Source: a bacterium
Lineage (GTDB): Bacteria > Zhuqueibacterota > Zhuqueibacteria > Zhuqueibacterales > Zhuqueibacteraceae
Assembly: GCA_044869275.1 (NCBI GenBank)
Contig: JBIOXB010000195.1
Span: 17,456 to 81,455, forward strand
Reading direction: 5' to 3'
Length of the DNA stretch: 64,000 bases
In this document: piece by piece, positions 45,099 to 54,806 of the stretch
Layout of the letters: each line of letters opens with the position of its first letter
Numbering within the stretch: the stretch's first letter is position 1
Notes under the pieces: generated by a model
Told to the model about the DNA's origin: nothing
The model's database searches: none
Seen by the model: only the letters and a program-made list of their open reading frames with translations
Made by a program: the position numbers and the translations under genes

Positions 45099-46955
45099 AT
45101 GGGAATGATGAACACCAATACCTATAAACTCCTCGCCCGCATTCCTGCCCTGGATTTTTCGCAGACATTCGCTTTGGAAAAAGGGCGGCGCTATTTGGTG
45201 GGGAGCGCGACCATGGAACCCGGCATGCTGGTGATTACGCGCGATCGTTCCATGAGCCGGCGCCAAGCGTGGCTGGAAGTCGTGGAGGACACCTTGCGCG
45301 TGGAACGGCATCCCCGCGCGAGCCAGAAACTGAATGGGGATGATACAATCAATTGCTTGAGCCTGCAATCCGGGGAGTCCTTCACCGTTGGCGTCACCAT
45401 CTTACAGTTTATCGCAGCGTCTGATGCGTCCATGGCGCCGCACGACCAGATCCGTGAGCCTCTGGCGCAGGCTGCCATGGAAGCGACGTTCACGCTTTCC
45501 GCACGGGAGTTCTCCGCGGGCCTGCGCGACCAAGGCGTGCGCAGCTTTTGGGAGGTCATCATGGAAATGCCGGCGCTCATGCAGCAGAACAACACCACTG
45601 CGGGTTTTCTTTTGGCTTTGTGCCAGGCATTGCATTCCCATGTTTCGAGTTTGCAGGTAACGGCCTGGCGTGTGATCGAGACACAAGATCTGCCCGAGCT
45701 TTTGCCTTTGCACCATTCTGCCCTCGGCAGCGATGCGAAAGAAGTGCCCGCTACGGTCGTGCCCAGCCGGCACTTGGTCAAGCAGGCATTTGAAACGGGA
45801 GACGATACCGCCGTGGTCAGCGTGTGGAGCCGTCATCGCGCCAAGCATGCAGAACTCTCACTGCTTTCCTCCGGGGCGGCATGGGCGATGTGCGTCCCCC
45901 TCAAGCTCTCCGCGCGCGAGCAGTTTGCGCTTTATGCCACCTCCGCGGAAGTACGGTCTGGCACCGAGCCGCGCGAGGCGCAGCAATTTCTTGCCGCGTT
46001 GGGAGCCATGGCGAAGCAACATTTGCTCGCGGCACAAGCCAAGGAACGCTGGGGACAGATCGGGCAGTTTTTCTCGCCGGCTTTGCGCACCATTTTGCTG
46101 GGTGACGCGGCGCGTGTGCAAGAAGAGTTAAAGCCTGCCGAGCACGAAGCCACGATCTGCTTTTTCGATTTGCGCGGCTCCTCACGCTTGGCGGAGAATG
46201 TATACCGCCATGACAGAGACAAATCCACGGTTACCGAATACTTTGCCCGCCTCGAGAAAATTCTGGGCGAAGCAGCCGACATGGTCTTTCAGACCGGCGG
46301 AATCGTCATTGATTTCCAAGGCGACGCCATACTGGCTTGTTGGGGCGTTCCGCAGCGGCAAGAGGCGGCGGCTTCTGTGCGCCTGGCAAGCCTTGCCAGC
46401 CGCCGGATCGTCGAGCTGATGATCGAGCACGAGTGGCCATTGGGTGATGCCAATTTGCGTTGCGGCATTGGCATCACCAATGGCAAAGTGCTCGCCGGCT
46501 TGTTTGCCGCACAAAGCGGTGGCCAGGCTTTGCTCTCGAAATACACGGTCATGGGCCCACCCGCCAATCAAGCCGCGCGTCTGGAGGGCTTGACCAAAAA
46601 ATTCGGCGTGCCGATCTTGATCGACGGTGGCGTCGCGGCTGCGCTGGCCGCCGAAGCCATTTTGATCCGCCGCATCGCCGCGGCGCGACCGACCGGCATG
46701 AACCAGATTGTGCAGATTTATGAATTGGTTTTGCCGCGAGAGTTGGGCGGCACGGGCGTGAGCGAGGACGGCGTCCGCGCATATGATTCCGCGCTGGGGC
46801 TTTTTGAACAAGGCGAATTCGAAGCGGCGGCCGAAGCCATGCGTTTCGTTACTCGTGATCCCATCGAGTTGTTTCTTTCCGAGCAAATTACCGCGATGCG
46901 CCGCCACCGCGCCCCGCCCGGATGGGATGGCGTCATCAATTTGGTGTCGAAGTGA
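45099..46955 (+). CDS. FHA-GAF-class III adenylate/guanylate cyclase
   Basis: FHA-like N-terminus (DRSMSRRQA...LNG...L.SGESFTVG), GAF-like middle (AMCVPL), cyclase FFDLRGSS, FQGDA, GPPANQAARLE. Confidence 0.85.
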   Translation: MGMMNTNTYKLLARIPALDFSQTFALEKGRRYLVGSATMEPGMLVITRDRSMSRRQAWLEVVEDTLRVERHPRASQKLNGDDTINCLSLQSGESFTVGVTILQFIAASDASMAPHDQIREPLAQAAMEATFTLSAREFSAGLRDQGVRSFWEVIMEMPALMQQNNTTAGFLLALCQALHSHVSSLQVTAWRVIETQDLPELLPLHHSALGSDAKEVPATVVPSRHLVKQAFETGDDTAVVSVWSRHRAKHAELSLLSSGAAWAMCVPLKLSAREQFALYATSAEVRSGTEPREAQQFLAALGAMAKQHLLAAQAKERWGQIGQFFSPALRTILLGDAARVQEELKPAEHEATICFFDLRGSSRLAENVYRHDRDKSTVTEYFARLEKILGEAADMVFQTGGIVIDFQGDAILACWGVPQRQEAAASVRLASLASRRIVELMIEHEWPLGDANLRCGIGITNGKVLAGLFAAQSGGQALLSKYTVMGPPANQAARLEGLTKKFGVPILIDGGVAAALAAEAILIRRIAAARPTGMNQIVQIYELVLPRELGGTGVSEDGVRAYDSALGLFEQGEFEAAAEAMRFVTRDPIELFLSEQITAMRRHRAPPGWDGVINLVSK

Positions 46956-47015
46956 GGCGTGACGAACGAGATCAGAATCGCAATTACAGTGCGAGTGTTT
47001 GTGAACGCAGCGATC

Positions 47016-47717
47016 TCAATCATAGTATACCCCGCCGGTGATAGAGACGGCGAGAATGACGACGACCGCTGTGAGCGCCGCCACATTGAGCACAAATCCC
47101 GGTTTCGAGCTTAATTTGTAGCCGACATAAATGCCGCGGCCCTGGAGGCTGGGGGCAACACTGCGATACAGCATGCTGGTATAGTCGGAGGAGTATTCAT
47201 AATGCCGCGTTTGCATCAATTCGACCAGCACATTGATTGATTCCCACTCGCTGAAATTCAGGCTGGCGCCCCCCATAAAGGCCGGATACTCGAAGATTTC
47301 TCCGGCCGTGCTCCACAAGAGCGCGCCACCTGAAAGATCCAAACTGATTTTGGGACTGAGCCATCGCCGCACTCGCAATTTCACTCCGCCGCGCAGGTCG
47401 TGGCCGACGTCCCAGCCAAAAAATTGCGTGGCGCCAAGCGCATATTGCGTGTTGAGATTGTGCATGATGCCCAATTCGGAAATCAAATAATGACGTCCCA
47501 TCACCTCGTCATGAAAAACCCGCGTAGAATCCCCGAATGTTTCAATGTAAGTTCTTTGCAATGGGGGATTGATCTTGTAACTGTACCCAATATCTGTGAC
47601 AAAAAAAGTGCGGCACGCCGGCGCCGGCCGGGAAGTCGAGCAGGGTTGTGCTCTCAAGCGTGAAGAAGAGGCGAATATCCCGGTGGCGAGTGCAAGGCAA
47701 GTGAGAAAGTTTTGCAT
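47016..47717 (-). CDS. Hypothetical exported/outer-membrane protein
   Basis: Signal-like N-terminus, beta-strand-rich core, C-terminal hydrophobic segment. Confidence 0.6.
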   Translation of the reverse strand: MQNFLTCLALATGIFASSSRLRAQPCSTSRPAPACRTFFVTDIGYSYKINPPLQRTYIETFGDSTRVFHDEVMGRHYLISELGIMHNLNTQYALGATQFFGWDVGHDLRGGVKLRVRRWLSPKISLDLSGGALLWSTAGEIFEYPAFMGGASLNFSEWESINVLVELMQTRHYEYSSDYTSMLYRSVAPSLQGRGIYVGYKLSSKPGFVLNVAALTAVVVILAVSITGGVYYD

Positions 47718-48109
47718 GCGGTTACTTTCGCGTTGAGTAAAAAGCCGAGACTTGGTCCGGCCAGCAAATATGGCCGCGTTGAAGCGTTGCCGAACGAATA
47801 CTTCAAGAGTGCCGGCACTTCTAGATAAGCCAGTTTGAGTTTGGCAGTGTCGCCGCCAAATTGGGCTTCAGCGCCCTTCTGCAAATACATCGGCGCCAGT
47901 CGCAGGGACGTGTTATTCGCCAGCTGCAGCTCCACCATCCCGCCAATGCCCAGGGCGGTGAGATTGGAATAATCAATGCCATCATTGGGATCCACAGAGA
48001 GGTTGGCCAGGTTCAGCCCACCGACAATGCCGAAAGCATGCTGGGCGCGGGCGAGGGGCGCTAAAGACAGCATTCCGGCCGCAACTAACAACAAGCAAAA
48101 CCTTTTCAT
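47654..48109 (-). pseudogene. Truncated PorT-like (OMP_b-brl_2) outer-membrane barrel
   Basis: Signal peptide, GGLNLAN, YLQKG, YLEVPALLKY, LAGPSLGFLLNAK; homology-like sequence stops where the next gene's ATG (47717) begins, so the C-terminal strands and terminal aromatic residue are missing. Confidence 0.65.
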
Positions 48110-48250
48110 ACAGTCTCCTTTCAAAGTGAAGTGTGTAACTGCAGGCGTCAATCATCAACAATCTTTTGCATGTCGCCCTTTCGGGGCTTTCGGCATCCAA
48201 GCCATTAAGTTGACGCATATGCGTTCATGCGGGATTCAAAATGAGAACCT

Positions 48251-48265
48251 TCAAAGATGATACCA
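48251..48265 (-). promoter_or_regulatory. Putative sigma-54 -24/-12 promoter for the barrel genes
   Basis: Minus strand TGGTAT-CATCT-TTGA, located between a sigma-54 activator gene and the PorT-like gene. Confidence 0.45.
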
Positions 48266-48397
48266 AAATTATTTCAGGGAGAGGGCGAAGCGGAAGGATA
48301 GAAAATCAGAAGTTAGCTGGAGGGAGACGATAGGGGTCGGTGATTACAGTGGTGCTTAAGGATCGCTAAGATTTGCGAGCGAAAACGGACGCTGTAT

Positions 48398-49915
48398 TTA
48401 AACAGAGTTGCGTTCGCCAAAATCATCGGGCTTTTGGATGCCGAGCTTGCTCATTTTGTAACGGATGGTTTGTTCGGAAATGCTCAACGCTCGTGCGGCT
48501 TGAGATTGATTCCAATCATGATCGAGCAGGGCTTGCCGCACGAGTTGTTCCTCGTATTCGGCCAGCCTTTCGTGCAAGGAGCGGCCGGCGGCCGGCAGGG
48601 CCGGGGTGATCTTGAATTTTTTGAATTCCTTTTGATAATCTGAAGGCAGGATGTCACGATGCAGAACGGTCATTTCCGGTGCCGCCAGAGTAACCAGCCG
48701 CTCGACGAAATTCTCCAGCTCGCGAATATTGCCCTCCCACACGCGCCGGCGCATAAAATCCAAAATCTCCTCGTGGAAAGACTGCGCCTGTTTATGCTGT
48801 TGGTGCACGAATTTTTTGAGAAAGTGGCGGACGAGCACCGGAATGTCTTCGCAACGTTCTGTTAGGGTCGGAACTTGAATGGGATACACGTGCAGGCGGA
48901 AATAAAGGTCTTCACGGAATTGCTTGCGCTCCGCCATCTCGCGCAAAGGCAAGCTGGAGGCGGAGATGATGCGCACGTCCACTTTGCGGAGCTTATTGCT
49001 GCCGAGAGGCCGCACCTCTCCTTCCTGCAACACGCGCATGAGCTTGGCCTGCATCTCCAGGTGGAGATTGGCAATCTCGTCCATGAACAGGGTGCCGTGG
49101 TCGGCCTCCTCCAACAGTCCCTTGCGATTGCTGGTGGCGCCGGTGAAGGAGCCTTTGACGTGGCCAAAGAGTTCGCTTTCCAGCAAATTGGCCGGAATCG
49201 CGCCGCAATCAACCGCTACAAAGGGGCCGTCGTGGCGCGCGCTAAAGCGGTGAATCGCGCGCGCAACCAATTCCTTGCCGGTTCCGCTTTGGCCTTCCAG
49301 CAGAACCCGCACTTCACAGCGGGCCGCCGCCTCCACCGCCTGCAATAATTCCAGAAATCTTGGGCTTTTTCCCAATAGCCCCACATTCGCATATTTTGTC
49401 AGCAAGGCGCTTTCCAGCAAGGGTACGGCAAAGTACTGGCGAATTTTCTGGACATTGCGCAAAAAAGGGGAGGTGATGGCGGCGAATTTTTCGAGATAGG
49501 CCAGATCATTTTCACTGAACTCACCTCCGCGTTTTTGATTCAACAACAACAACGAGCCGATCATCACGCCTTCAAGGCGCAACGCTACGCACATGACGGA
49601 TTTGATGGGTAGACCCTGAAAGTGCTTCTTGCGGAAACGCGAATCCTGGTGAATATCCGAACTGAGCAGAGAGTGCCAATTCTTGGCGACCCAACCGCCG
49701 AGTTCAACATTCAGCAGGTGGTAGTACGGCTCATGGACGATGGCACCTTCCTTAAAAATCGTTTTTACAGTTTGGTGGGTTTCCGGATTGATCATCGTGA
49801 TCAAAGCGGTGTCGGCATGCAACAAGCTCGTGGCGTGCCGCGCCACCAAGCGCAGGATCTCGTCAAAATTATTCTGCTGGCCCAGAGCTTCGGCCAGAGC
49901 CACGAGTCTTTCCAT
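48398..49915 (-). CDS. GAF-domain sigma-54 enhancer-binding protein (Fis HTH)
   Basis: GQSGTGKE, ESELFGHVKGSFTGA, FMDEI, FREDLYFRL, WEGNIREL, NQSQAARAL; ATG 49915 coupled (TGATG) to the upstream gene. Confidence 0.95.
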   Translation of the reverse strand: MERLVALAEALGQQNNFDEILRLVARHATSLLHADTALITMINPETHQTVKTIFKEGAIVHEPYYHLLNVELGGWVAKNWHSLLSSDIHQDSRFRKKHFQGLPIKSVMCVALRLEGVMIGSLLLLNQKRGGEFSENDLAYLEKFAAITSPFLRNVQKIRQYFAVPLLESALLTKYANVGLLGKSPRFLELLQAVEAAARCEVRVLLEGQSGTGKELVARAIHRFSARHDGPFVAVDCGAIPANLLESELFGHVKGSFTGATSNRKGLLEEADHGTLFMDEIANLHLEMQAKLMRVLQEGEVRPLGSNKLRKVDVRIISASSLPLREMAERKQFREDLYFRLHVYPIQVPTLTERCEDIPVLVRHFLKKFVHQQHKQAQSFHEEILDFMRRRVWEGNIRELENFVERLVTLAAPEMTVLHRDILPSDYQKEFKKFKITPALPAAGRSLHERLAEYEEQLVRQALLDHDWNQSQAARALSISEQTIRYKMSKLGIQKPDDFGERNSV

Positions 49916-52900
49916 CAATTCTCTCCGGCATATTCCTTCTTCCACATTTCATACCTTCCGGCATATTCGCGTATGAAATCGGCAACGGTGCTGTCGTAAC
50001 TCAACCGTTCTTGCGCGGCGTGATTGCGCCCATGAATCTCCAGGCGGCGCGCGAGCGGCGGCAAAGCAATGTAGCCTTTTTCAATGGGCACGGCTTGGCC
50101 CTCCACGCGCGCGGACGGCGATTCAATGAAGCCCGGCACGCGAAAAAGAATACGCTTGGGCGGTGTGCGCCATTGGTGTTGAAAATCGATGGTTAGTTTC
50201 TCCGGGCTGATCGTCGCCTGCACGGAATGTTTACCCAAAGCGGTAACAACCTCGCGGACTTCGAGGCGATTGTCACTCAAAAACCAAGCCGGAGAAATGG
50301 CTTCGAAAATTCGCAAATCGTGGCCTTCTGCGTGCAGCAACAGGTCTCGCAGCAGAGTGATGAACTCTCCGTTGGCGCCTTGTAGGGCGACATTCTTGTC
50401 CTGATTTTGGCGGCCGCCCCAGGCATGACATCTATCGCCGATCAACAGATGGGTGCCGCTGGTGTGCAAGAGCAGAGCATAAACATCTTGCAACGCGGTC
50501 TCGCTGTCTCCGCCTGGCAATACCGCATGCGCAAGATTGAAAGTCATTCCGGCATCCAGCCATTGGCCGCTGCGCGTGGCCAGCCCCTCTTCGAAACGGC
50601 TGCGCAACGATTGCAGAGCCGGTTTAGCTCGTTTGTCGCCGGGAGGCAAAAGTCTCGCGGGATAAACCGCTAGAGCGGTCATCTTCTCATCCTCTCCTTT
50701 TGCCGGATAAACCCCTCCCTCTGTTTTCTTCTTGCCGAAGGCTTCGAGGCGCGCGCGAAAATCCTTTTCAATATTTGAGTAAAGTTTTTCCGCCAGGGAT
50801 TGAGTCTGCCGGTCACCGGCAAGCTCCGCCAGATTCTGGGCCTGCTGCAAACCCTTCAGCGCCAGGGGCAGATCTTCGGAGCGCATTTGTCCGCTGTTGT
50901 TTTCCTTGCGGTTCTTCTCCAGGCCTTGAAGCGAGAGACGAACTGCCGGCATGGCCGCCGTCAACAGGGCGCGATCATCCGTTATCTGCACGTGCTCCGC
51001 CAGCGCGGCCATCAGCGTTGACCAATCGCTGACGGTATAGTTCCCGGGATACTTTTCCATCACGCCATTCGCGGATTTGGGTCCGCCCATGATCCTTTGA
51101 CAGCTGCGCAGCAGAATTTGCCCCGCCAGCTCATGATAGCCCGCGGCCTCGAAGGCGCGTGCGGCGGCGCTCCAATGCGCCAGCGGAAATTGATACCAAG
51201 GGTTTTCGGAATCTTGCATGGCGCCCGGGCCATAGAAAATGGCGTTCTCGATTAATTGCGCCTGCCAGATCTGATTGACTTTGTCTTCCGCTACATTGAG
51301 CGCCGCGCCGTTCTGCAAAAATTTTTGCCACTCGCGCACGGCATCTTCGCGCAAACGGTCACAATCGAAAGTCAGGCCCTGGGCCGCGCGCATGCGCTCC
51401 GAGTTCACTGGCTTCTGCGGCACACACAAGCTCACGCGCTGAATTTCCCCCGGCGCGAGCGTGAAGGAGTATTCCATCATGCCCACGATGCTTTCCGGCT
51501 GCTGTGCGGTTCCCATGGGAGAAAATTGCACGCTGGTGGGCAGGGCAGAAACCGAGCATAGCACCTCCTGATTGCGATGCACGAATTTTCCCACGAGTCG
51601 ATAATGCCAGAGCGGATCGAAATCCCCGTGCGCCGGCAGGAGCTGCTCCGAACCACGGAAACGCATACCCACCGCGAAGCGTGTGGAGCGCGGGGTACTG
51701 GTAGGGTTGATGAGCGTAACCTGCAAGTAATTCATCGCTTGCTGCGCTATCGTATCGGCGATCGGCAGGGCAAAAGCCTCGAAGCGATAATCAACACCAT
51801 CTTGCGCCGTACGATAGTTGATCACCGGAAAGTAACCCAGCAACAAAGTCTTTTTATGACAAAGCAAAGGCTGCGAGGCTGCTCCGCCATAAAACGTGAA
51901 TTCCACGGCGCCGGTGTAGAGACCGCCTTCCGGCGTGATTTGCGCCGATACGCCGTTTTCCAGGGTACCGATGAAGGCCGAGGGCTGTGCGAAGTATTCG
52001 AACGGCACGTTGGCGTCGTGGTTGGGATCTGCCATCGTACGCGCCACCGGCGGCGCGATTGCCTGCACCAAATTTCTGATGACGATATTCTTTCCCAAGA
52101 TCCCGCCGGGTTGTTCTCTGCCATCGACGCGCAGCGCGAGCGTGTTGTCCTTGCCGACGTGCACGTGCGGCGTAAGATCAAAAACCCTTAGATCGTTTTC
52201 AGGCATCTCCGGAAGATTGGCCGCACCCAGTGGTTTGCCATTCAACCATAGGGCATAATCGCCTGCGACTTCGTTCAAGCCCAGCCACATTTTTTCGCCG
52301 CGCCAAGAGGCCTCGGGCTTGAAATGCGTGCGATACCACGCCACGCCGCGATACCCGGCGTAACCTTGCCTCTCCCAAGAAACTCCCGGCCGCAGCAACG
52401 GCCATGATTTATCCGGCCTCCCGGCCTCGCTCCATTTTTCCGCATCGCCTTGCAGCAACGAGTCAGGCTTGAACGACCAGGCGGCGGCCAGCGGCAATAT
52501 TCGCTCTGGCAGCATTTGGAAGCCGTCGAGATAGAAGCGCACCTGCTCGCCGGGATCCAGCGCGATCGCGCCTTTCCAGCTCGGCGGCCAGATGCGCGGC
52601 AAATCATTGTGCTCGAGCGCGAAGACATTGATGATTTCCGTCAAAACGATCTTGCTGCTCGACGCGTCCGCGACGAAATCCAGCCGCACCAAATCTTCCG
52701 GCGTCGTTCCTGCCGGCATCGGCAACGCCGTTTGCCGTACCACCGACTGCTTCGCACGAATCACCAAACGCGGCGACCAAAGATGCGAAGCATATTCCCC
52801 AGTTTGGCGGCGAAATTTGGCGATAAAAAAGCCGCCACACTCGGTTTCTGGATTTTGCGGATGGGCGGCGAATTGAATGAACAAATAATTTTTCAAATCC

Positions 52901-53871
52901 GCGAGACGCGTGGAGTCGGTCAGCACCGCCTCCTGCCGCTGCTCTCGCCGCGCTTCTTTGGCGCACACGCGCCAGGTCCACGGCGCTTGCAGCATCAAGC
53001 GCTCGCGCAAACCGTCGCCCGGCATGACATAACGCGGCGGCAGGGCAAAACGCAAGTTCGTGTTCAGCGTGTCGATCAGCATGTTGTTGAGCGTCGCCAC
53101 TTGCAGGGTGGGTTGGTCGTTTTCATAGCCGCCGCGATACGGCAGGGTTTTGTGATCCGGACCTTGAAAGAAGGCGCGCCGCCGCGTCTTGCCGTCCGCT
53201 TCGAATTCGACGCGGTAGGTCCATTCAATATCGGCGTAGCGTCCCCAGACATGCAACAAACCGACCGGTGGCGTGCCGCCCGCTTCATTGCTGTAAACCA
53301 TCGTATACTCGATGGACTTCATCCGGCGCGCTTCCTGGGATGGCGTTTCGAACCACTGCACCTGGTGAGCCATCAGCAGCGGCACGTCGGAATATCGCAT
53401 TTCTTTGCGGCCAAATATCACCGGGGCATGCGCGAGCACGGCGTAGAGCGGATGGCTTTGCTCATAAGCATCGACGCGCACATTCACGAGCTTCACGTCG
53501 AGGCGCGTGGAATCGAGACGCGTGATTTCCAATACCCGCACGCCGGGCGTCACCAAACCCAAATGAATTTCATAATAATGAAACTCCCGGCCCAAATACG
53601 TGACGACATGTGAGCACAGTCGGCCGTCGACCGACACGCTCAACGCCGCCGCCGTTTTCTGCGGATCCTCCCAATCCGTTTGCGAGGAAATTTGCAGAGA
53701 AGCGATCAATTGCGCCGGTTGGGCCAGTTCCACTTCATATTGCCAGCCTGCGGTAACGACCACAGTGCGGGCATTCAACGATTTGGACCAACTCGGCCGT
53801 TCGAGTGTTTGCGCCCAGCCGTCTATTTGCAGGCTGACAAAGGCGATCAGCGCCAAGCATAAGTTCCGCAT
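49915..53871 (-). CDS. Large exported protein with a GH2-type jelly-roll domain and a C-terminal (alpha/alpha)6 glycosidase-like region
   Basis: Signal peptide MRNLCLALIAFVSL after SD ggaga; 'WSFKPD...WERQGYAGYRGVAWYR...LWLNG...NTLALRV'; then 'ITPEG.LYTG' and a helical C-terminal half. Confidence 0.7.
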   Translation of the reverse strand: MRNLCLALIAFVSLQIDGWAQTLERPSWSKSLNARTVVVTAGWQYEVELAQPAQLIASLQISSQTDWEDPQKTAAALSVSVDGRLCSHVVTYLGREFHYYEIHLGLVTPGVRVLEITRLDSTRLDVKLVNVRVDAYEQSHPLYAVLAHAPVIFGRKEMRYSDVPLLMAHQVQWFETPSQEARRMKSIEYTMVYSNEAGGTPPVGLLHVWGRYADIEWTYRVEFEADGKTRRRAFFQGPDHKTLPYRGGYENDQPTLQVATLNNMLIDTLNTNLRFALPPRYVMPGDGLRERLMLQAPWTWRVCAKEARREQRQEAVLTDSTRLADLKNYLFIQFAAHPQNPETECGGFFIAKFRRQTGEYASHLWSPRLVIRAKQSVVRQTALPMPAGTTPEDLVRLDFVADASSSKIVLTEIINVFALEHNDLPRIWPPSWKGAIALDPGEQVRFYLDGFQMLPERILPLAAAWSFKPDSLLQGDAEKWSEAGRPDKSWPLLRPGVSWERQGYAGYRGVAWYRTHFKPEASWRGEKMWLGLNEVAGDYALWLNGKPLGAANLPEMPENDLRVFDLTPHVHVGKDNTLALRVDGREQPGGILGKNIVIRNLVQAIAPPVARTMADPNHDANVPFEYFAQPSAFIGTLENGVSAQITPEGGLYTGAVEFTFYGGAASQPLLCHKKTLLLGYFPVINYRTAQDGVDYRFEAFALPIADTIAQQAMNYLQVTLINPTSTPRSTRFAVGMRFRGSEQLLPAHGDFDPLWHYRLVGKFVHRNQEVLCSVSALPTSVQFSPMGTAQQPESIVGMMEYSFTLAPGEIQRVSLCVPQKPVNSERMRAAQGLTFDCDRLREDAVREWQKFLQNGAALNVAEDKVNQIWQAQLIENAIFYGPGAMQDSENPWYQFPLAHWSAAARAFEAAGYHELAGQILLRSCQRIMGGPKSANGVMEKYPGNYTVSDWSTLMAALAEHVQITDDRALLTAAMPAVRLSLQGLEKNRKENNSGQMRSEDLPLALKGLQQAQNLAELAGDRQTQSLAEKLYSNIEKDFRARLEAFGKKKTEGGVYPAKGEDEKMTALAVYPARLLPPGDKRAKPALQSLRSRFEEGLATRSGQWLDAGMTFNLAHAVLPGGDSETALQDVYALLLHTSGTHLLIGDRCHAWGGRQNQDKNVALQGANGEFITLLRDLLLHAEGHDLRIFEAISPAWFLSDNRLEVREVVTALGKHSVQATISPEKLTIDFQHQWRTPPKRILFRVPGFIESPSARVEGQAVPIEKGYIALPPLARRLEIHGRNHAAQERLSYDSTVADFIREYAGRYEMWKKEYAGEN

Positions 53872-54031
53872 GTTCTTGTCTCCATTTCCTGGTTGAATGG
53901 CGAACTTTCGGAGTTTGCAGGAAATGCGTGAAGTACGAAAATGGTTCTGATTGAAAAAAACGACCGCTGGGCGGGCACGGGCGGCGCCGGATGAGTCAAG
54001 CGAAGGGAAAAAAGCTGGAGATCTTTCTGTT

Positions 54032-54541
54032 TCAGGGCGATATGCTCTCTTCCGGGAATAGAGGAACCTCAGAAGGCGCGTGAACACGCGGGGCAAGATG
54101 TCGGGCAGTGAGGTTCGATGATCGGGGCGCGGACTTCTTTTTCGTTGCCGCAGCAGGAGCGCGCGCGCCCGTGGTTGATTTTTTTCGAGGTTGGTCGAGC
54201 ACGGCCAGCAGTTCCTGCAAGCCTTTTCTGATTTCAAAAATCGCGTCTTCGCGGCGCAGACGCTCGAAGGACAAATCCATCTGCTGCCCGTTCTTATTCA
54301 AGGCCTGCATGCGCTGCCGCGCACCGTCGATGGTGTATTTCTCTTCATACAGCAACCGCTTGATGAGAAAAATGAGCTTGATATCCTCCAGCGTGTACTC
54401 ACGGCTGCCGCCGCTGCTCTTGGCCGGACGCAACTCCTCGAATTCCGTTTCCCAGAACCGCAGAACATAGGCTTTGAGTCCGGTAATCTGGCTCACTTCT
54501 TTGATGGAGTACATTTGCTTTTTCGTTCTGCGATTGGACAT
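54032..54541 (-). CDS. MerR-family transcriptional regulator
   Basis: YSIKEVS...AYVLRFWETEF..LRP.K..GG.R.Y, LLYEEKYTIDGA. Confidence 0.92.
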   Translation of the reverse strand: MSNRRTKKQMYSIKEVSQITGLKAYVLRFWETEFEELRPAKSSGGSREYTLEDIKLIFLIKRLLYEEKYTIDGARQRMQALNKNGQQMDLSFERLRREDAIFEIRKGLQELLAVLDQPRKKSTTGARAPAAATKKKSAPRSSNLTARHLAPRVHAPSEVPLFPEESISP

Positions 54542-54687
54542 GGCTCTCAAGGGCTATGACAAACCACGGCTCCGGCGATTTTGCAAGCATCCCAACAGAC
54601 TGCATGCGAACCTTCAAAATCTAAACATTAGTGTACAAAAAATCAAGCAAATCTATGTCGAGCGGGCTTTTCCAGCAATGGTTTTGC

Positions 54688-54710
54688 TTTACAGTTTTTT
54701 TATACTCCCC
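54688..54710 (+). promoter_or_regulatory. KdpE-type binding site
   Basis: TTTACA-gtttt-TTTATA-ctcccc: two 6-bp direct repeats at 11-bp pitch, as in the E. coli kdpFABC operator (TTTATA-N5-TTTACA). Confidence 0.6.
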
Positions 54711-54806
54711 GCCCCTTTTTTGAGAGCATCCTTATTTCATTCTTGTTACAATTCTCTGCTCAAACGATACTATAAATCACAAGACCGTTATGCCTGAGGT
54801 TGACAA

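Noticed and set aside
53872..54237. Upstream extension of the 1440-aa ORF
   Set aside because: Overlaps the MerR gene; the signal peptide and SD are at 53871.
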